This document shows positions 61,539 through 64,000 of a stretch of DNA of 64,000 nt, one piece after another (positions within the stretch are counted from its first letter, which is position 1; every line of letters starts with the position of its first letter). The notes under the pieces are model-generated. The model did no database searches. It saw only the letters and a program-made list of their open reading frames with translations, and was not told the DNA's origin. The DNA comes from an uncultured Actinomycetes bacterium (lineage in GTDB: Bacteria > Actinomycetota > Thermoleophilia > UBA2241): the NCBI GenBank assembly GCA_963725665.1, contig CAVRZA010000004.1:512001-576000 (forward strand). The letters are read 5' to 3'. The translations under genes and the position numbers were made by a program.

Positions 61539-63859
61539 ATGTTCGAGGTCCTGGTAAACGAGGAGATCGCGCCGCAGCTGCACCGCATGGTGGTCAGCGC
61601 GGCGCGCATCGCACGTGCGAGACGTCCGGGCCAGTTCGTCATCGTGCGCGTCGGCGAGGGGGGCGAGCGCATCCCGCTCACCATCGCCGACGACGACGCC
61701 GAGGCGGGGACGATCACGCTCATCATCCAGGCGGTCGGGCACTCGACGCGGGACATCGTCGCGGTGCCCGTCGGCGGCGCGATCCGCGACATCGCCGGCC
61801 CGCTCGGCCAGCCCACCGAGATCGAGCGCTGGGGCAAGGTGGTCTGTGTGGGCGGCGGCGCCGGCACCGCCGTGCTCTTCCCGCTGGCCAAGGCGCTGGC
61901 GCGCGCGGGCAACGAGCTCACGACCATCATCGGTGGCCGCAGCGCGCCCTACGTCGTGCTGCGCGACGAGCTGGCCGAGTTCTCGCACGAGGTCCTCGTG
62001 CACCACGGAGGACGGCTCGCTGGGCGAGAAGGGCTTCGTGACGCAGCCGCTCAAGCGCATCCTCGAGGGCGAGTACGGGGATCGGCCCGACGCCGTGTAC
62101 GCCGTCGGGCCGGTCCCCATGATGAAGGCAGTTGCCGAGCTGACGCGCAAGTACGGCGTGCACACCGTCGTCTCGCTCAACCCCCTCATGGTCGACGGCA
62201 CCGGCATGTGCGGCGGCTGCCGCGTGACCGTGGGCGGCGAGACCAAGTTCGCCTGCGTCGACGGTCCCGAGTTCGACGGTCACCTGGTCGACTACGACGA
62301 GCTCGCGGGGCGCCAGAGCGCCTACCTGGAGCTTGACACGCACGGCTGTCGCATCGTCCCCAAGATCAAGGAGGCCGAGCTCGGCCACAAGGTGCTCTCA
62401 GCCAAGGAGCGTCTGGCGATCGCGCGCGTGAAGATGCCCGAGCAGGACCCGGAGCGGCGCAGCGCCACCTTCGACGAGGTCAACCTCGGGCTGACGCCGG
62501 AGCTCGCCATCCTCGAGGCGCAGCGCTGCCTGCAGTGCAAGAACCGACCCTGCGTCGCCGGCTGCCCGGTGAGCGTGCGCATCCCCGAGTTCCTCGACTG
62601 CGTGGCCGCAGGATGACTTCGCCGGGGCGGCGCGCATCCTGCTCGCCGACAACGCCCTGCCGGCGACCACCGGGCGCGTCTGTCCGCAGGAGACGCAGTG
62701 CGAGGGCGTGTGCATCCGTGGCAAGAAGGGCGAGCCCGGTGCCGTGGGCTGGCTCGAGCGCTTCGTCGCCGACTGGGCGGCCGAGAACATGGAGCTCGAG
62801 CTACCCGACGTCGAGCCTTCGGGCAAGAAAGTGGCCATCGTCGGCGCCGGCCCCGGTGGACTGACGGTCGCCGGCGAGCTGGCGCGCATGGGCCACGGCG
62901 TGCACGTCTTCGAGGCGCTGCACGACACGGGCGGCGTGCTGCGCTACGGCATCCCCGAGTTCCGCCTGCCCAAGCACATCGTCGACCACGAGGTCGCCAA
63001 CCTGCGCAAGCTGGGCGTCGAGATCGAGTGCAACGTGATCATCGGGCGCACGCTCACGATCGACGAACTGCAGCGCGACTTCGACGCCATCTTCGTGGCC
63101 AACGGCGCCGGCCTGCCGATGTTCTTGAACATCCCGGGCGAGAACCTGAAGGGCGTCTACTCGGCCAACGAGTACCTGACACGCGTCAACCTGATGGGCG
63201 CCTGGATGACCTACGAAGGCGCGACGCCGATCGCCCGCGGAGAGACGGTTGTGGTGTTCGGCGGCGGCAACGTGGCCATGGACGCCGTACGTACTTCGAA
63301 GCGACTCGGTGCGGGCCGGGCCGTCTGCGCCTACCGGCGTACCAAGGCCGAGATGCCGGCGCGCGTGGAGGAGATCGCCCACGCCGAGGAGGAGGGCATC
63401 GAGTTCGAGTACCTCGTGGCGCCGCTGGAGATCCTCGGCGACGAGCAGGGCTGGGTGCGCGCCGTGACGCTGCAGCGCATGGAGCTGGGCGAGCCCGACG
63501 ACTCCGGGCGTCGCCGGCCGGTGCCGGTGCCGGGCAGCGAGTACGAGCTGCCCTGCCAGATCGCCATCGTCGCCTTGGGCACGGTCGCCAACCCGCTGCT
63601 GACCAACGCCACGCCCGGCCTCGAGCTCAACCGCTGGGGCAACATCGTCACCGACGAGAACCACATGACGTCGATGCCGTGCGTGTTCGCCGGCGGCGAC
63701 ATCGTGCGTGGCGGAGCGACGGTGATCCTGGCCATGGGCGACGGCAAAGAGGCGGCGCGCTCCATCGACGAGTCACTGCGCAGCGGCGTCTGCCGGCGGC
63801 CCGGGGTGAAAGAGGTCGCAGCGGCCGGAGCGGCCGCGTCCCCGGGTACTACTTCGTAG
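61539..63859 (+). CDS. nfnAB: Fused NfnA-NfnB (SudB-SudA/GltD-like) NADH-dependent reduced ferredoxin:NADP+ oxidoreductase; two +1 frameshifts (~62001, ~62611)
   Basis: NfnA motifs PGQFVIVR, ERIPLTIAD, GPLG, MVDGTGMCGGC, ACVDGPEF continue without a stop into NfnB motifs EAQRCLQC..PCVAGCP, GRVCPQETQCE, GAGPGG, YGIPEFRLP, GGGNVAMD, YRR, GGD. Confidence 0.88.
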
Positions 63860-63873
63860 CGCAGGCTTGAAGG

Positions 63874-63917
63874 GCGCGGCGGGCGGCGGCGCCTTCGGGC
63901 GCCGCCGCCCGCCGCGC
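63874..63917 (+). terminator. Strong hairpin after nfnAB
   Basis: Perfect 20-bp stem with a C(TTCG)G tetraloop: GCGCGGCGGGCGGCGGCGCC-TTCG-GGCGCCGCCGCCCGCCGCGC. Confidence 0.75.
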
Positions 63918-64000
63918 GGTCTCGTTTCCTGGCACGTCACGGTTCACGCGACGCTACGACCGTGCCCAGGTCTCGGACACCCTCCTGGGCAACGCACCGT

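Noticed and set aside
60813-62616. Selenocysteine at the TGA codons in nuoA/nuoB (60813) or nfn (62614)
   Set aside because: Neither TGA aligns to a conserved Cys and no SECIS-like hairpin is evident; the nfn homology continues in a different frame.
62708-63859. Stand-alone glutamate synthase small subunit (gltD)
   Set aside because: It is fused to an NfnA domain, and no gltB is visible in the window.

Overview
High-GC (~70%) bacterial chromosomal segment. Gene content and order fit a deep-branching actinobacterium (Thermoleophilia-like; inferred, not proven). Left to right: an MFS/spermidine-synthase fusion gene (truncated by the window edge), tRNA-Ala(GGC), a membrane metallophosphoesterase, an accessory ECF module (family-5 binding lipoprotein, ECF sigma, 730-aa anti-sigma-like protein, secreted protein), leuS, a PLDc_N/ABC exporter operon, then the conserved comEA-comEC-holA / rpsT / murJ-lepA-(GNAT)-hemW-hrcA-dnaJ-prmA-mtaB-yqeY-phoH-ybeY-dgkA-cdd-era-deoC block. 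Next come a GT-C glycosyltransferase and a flippase-like gene, a degenerate TrpF paralog, a PPi-type PFK, a TrxR-type FNR, cell-wall hydrolases around tRNA-Leu(CAA), a complete nuoA-N operon (fused nuoCD, E. coli-like) and a divergent single-chain NfnA-NfnB. Best leads: (1) NuoF carries Ala at the E. coli E183 position plus basic substitutions, predicting an NADPH-oxidising complex I placed head-to-head with a fused bifurcating Nfn across a Rex-like site; (2) an ECF system whose probable promoter (TGATYC-N15-GCATCMAAAGGG) occurs twice in the module and whose anti-sigma ends in tandem SnoaL-like domains; (3) tRNA-Leu with a tRNA-Pro-like C1:G72 pair, a TrpF lacking both catalytic residues, a leaderless uORF coupled to lepA, and two neighbouring genes with probable ATC/ATA starts. 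Several +1 frameshifts (leuS x2, comEC, nfn x2) look like sequencing errors. No CRISPR array, rRNA, transposase or integrase was seen. All product calls rest on motif recognition by eye; no database searches were run.
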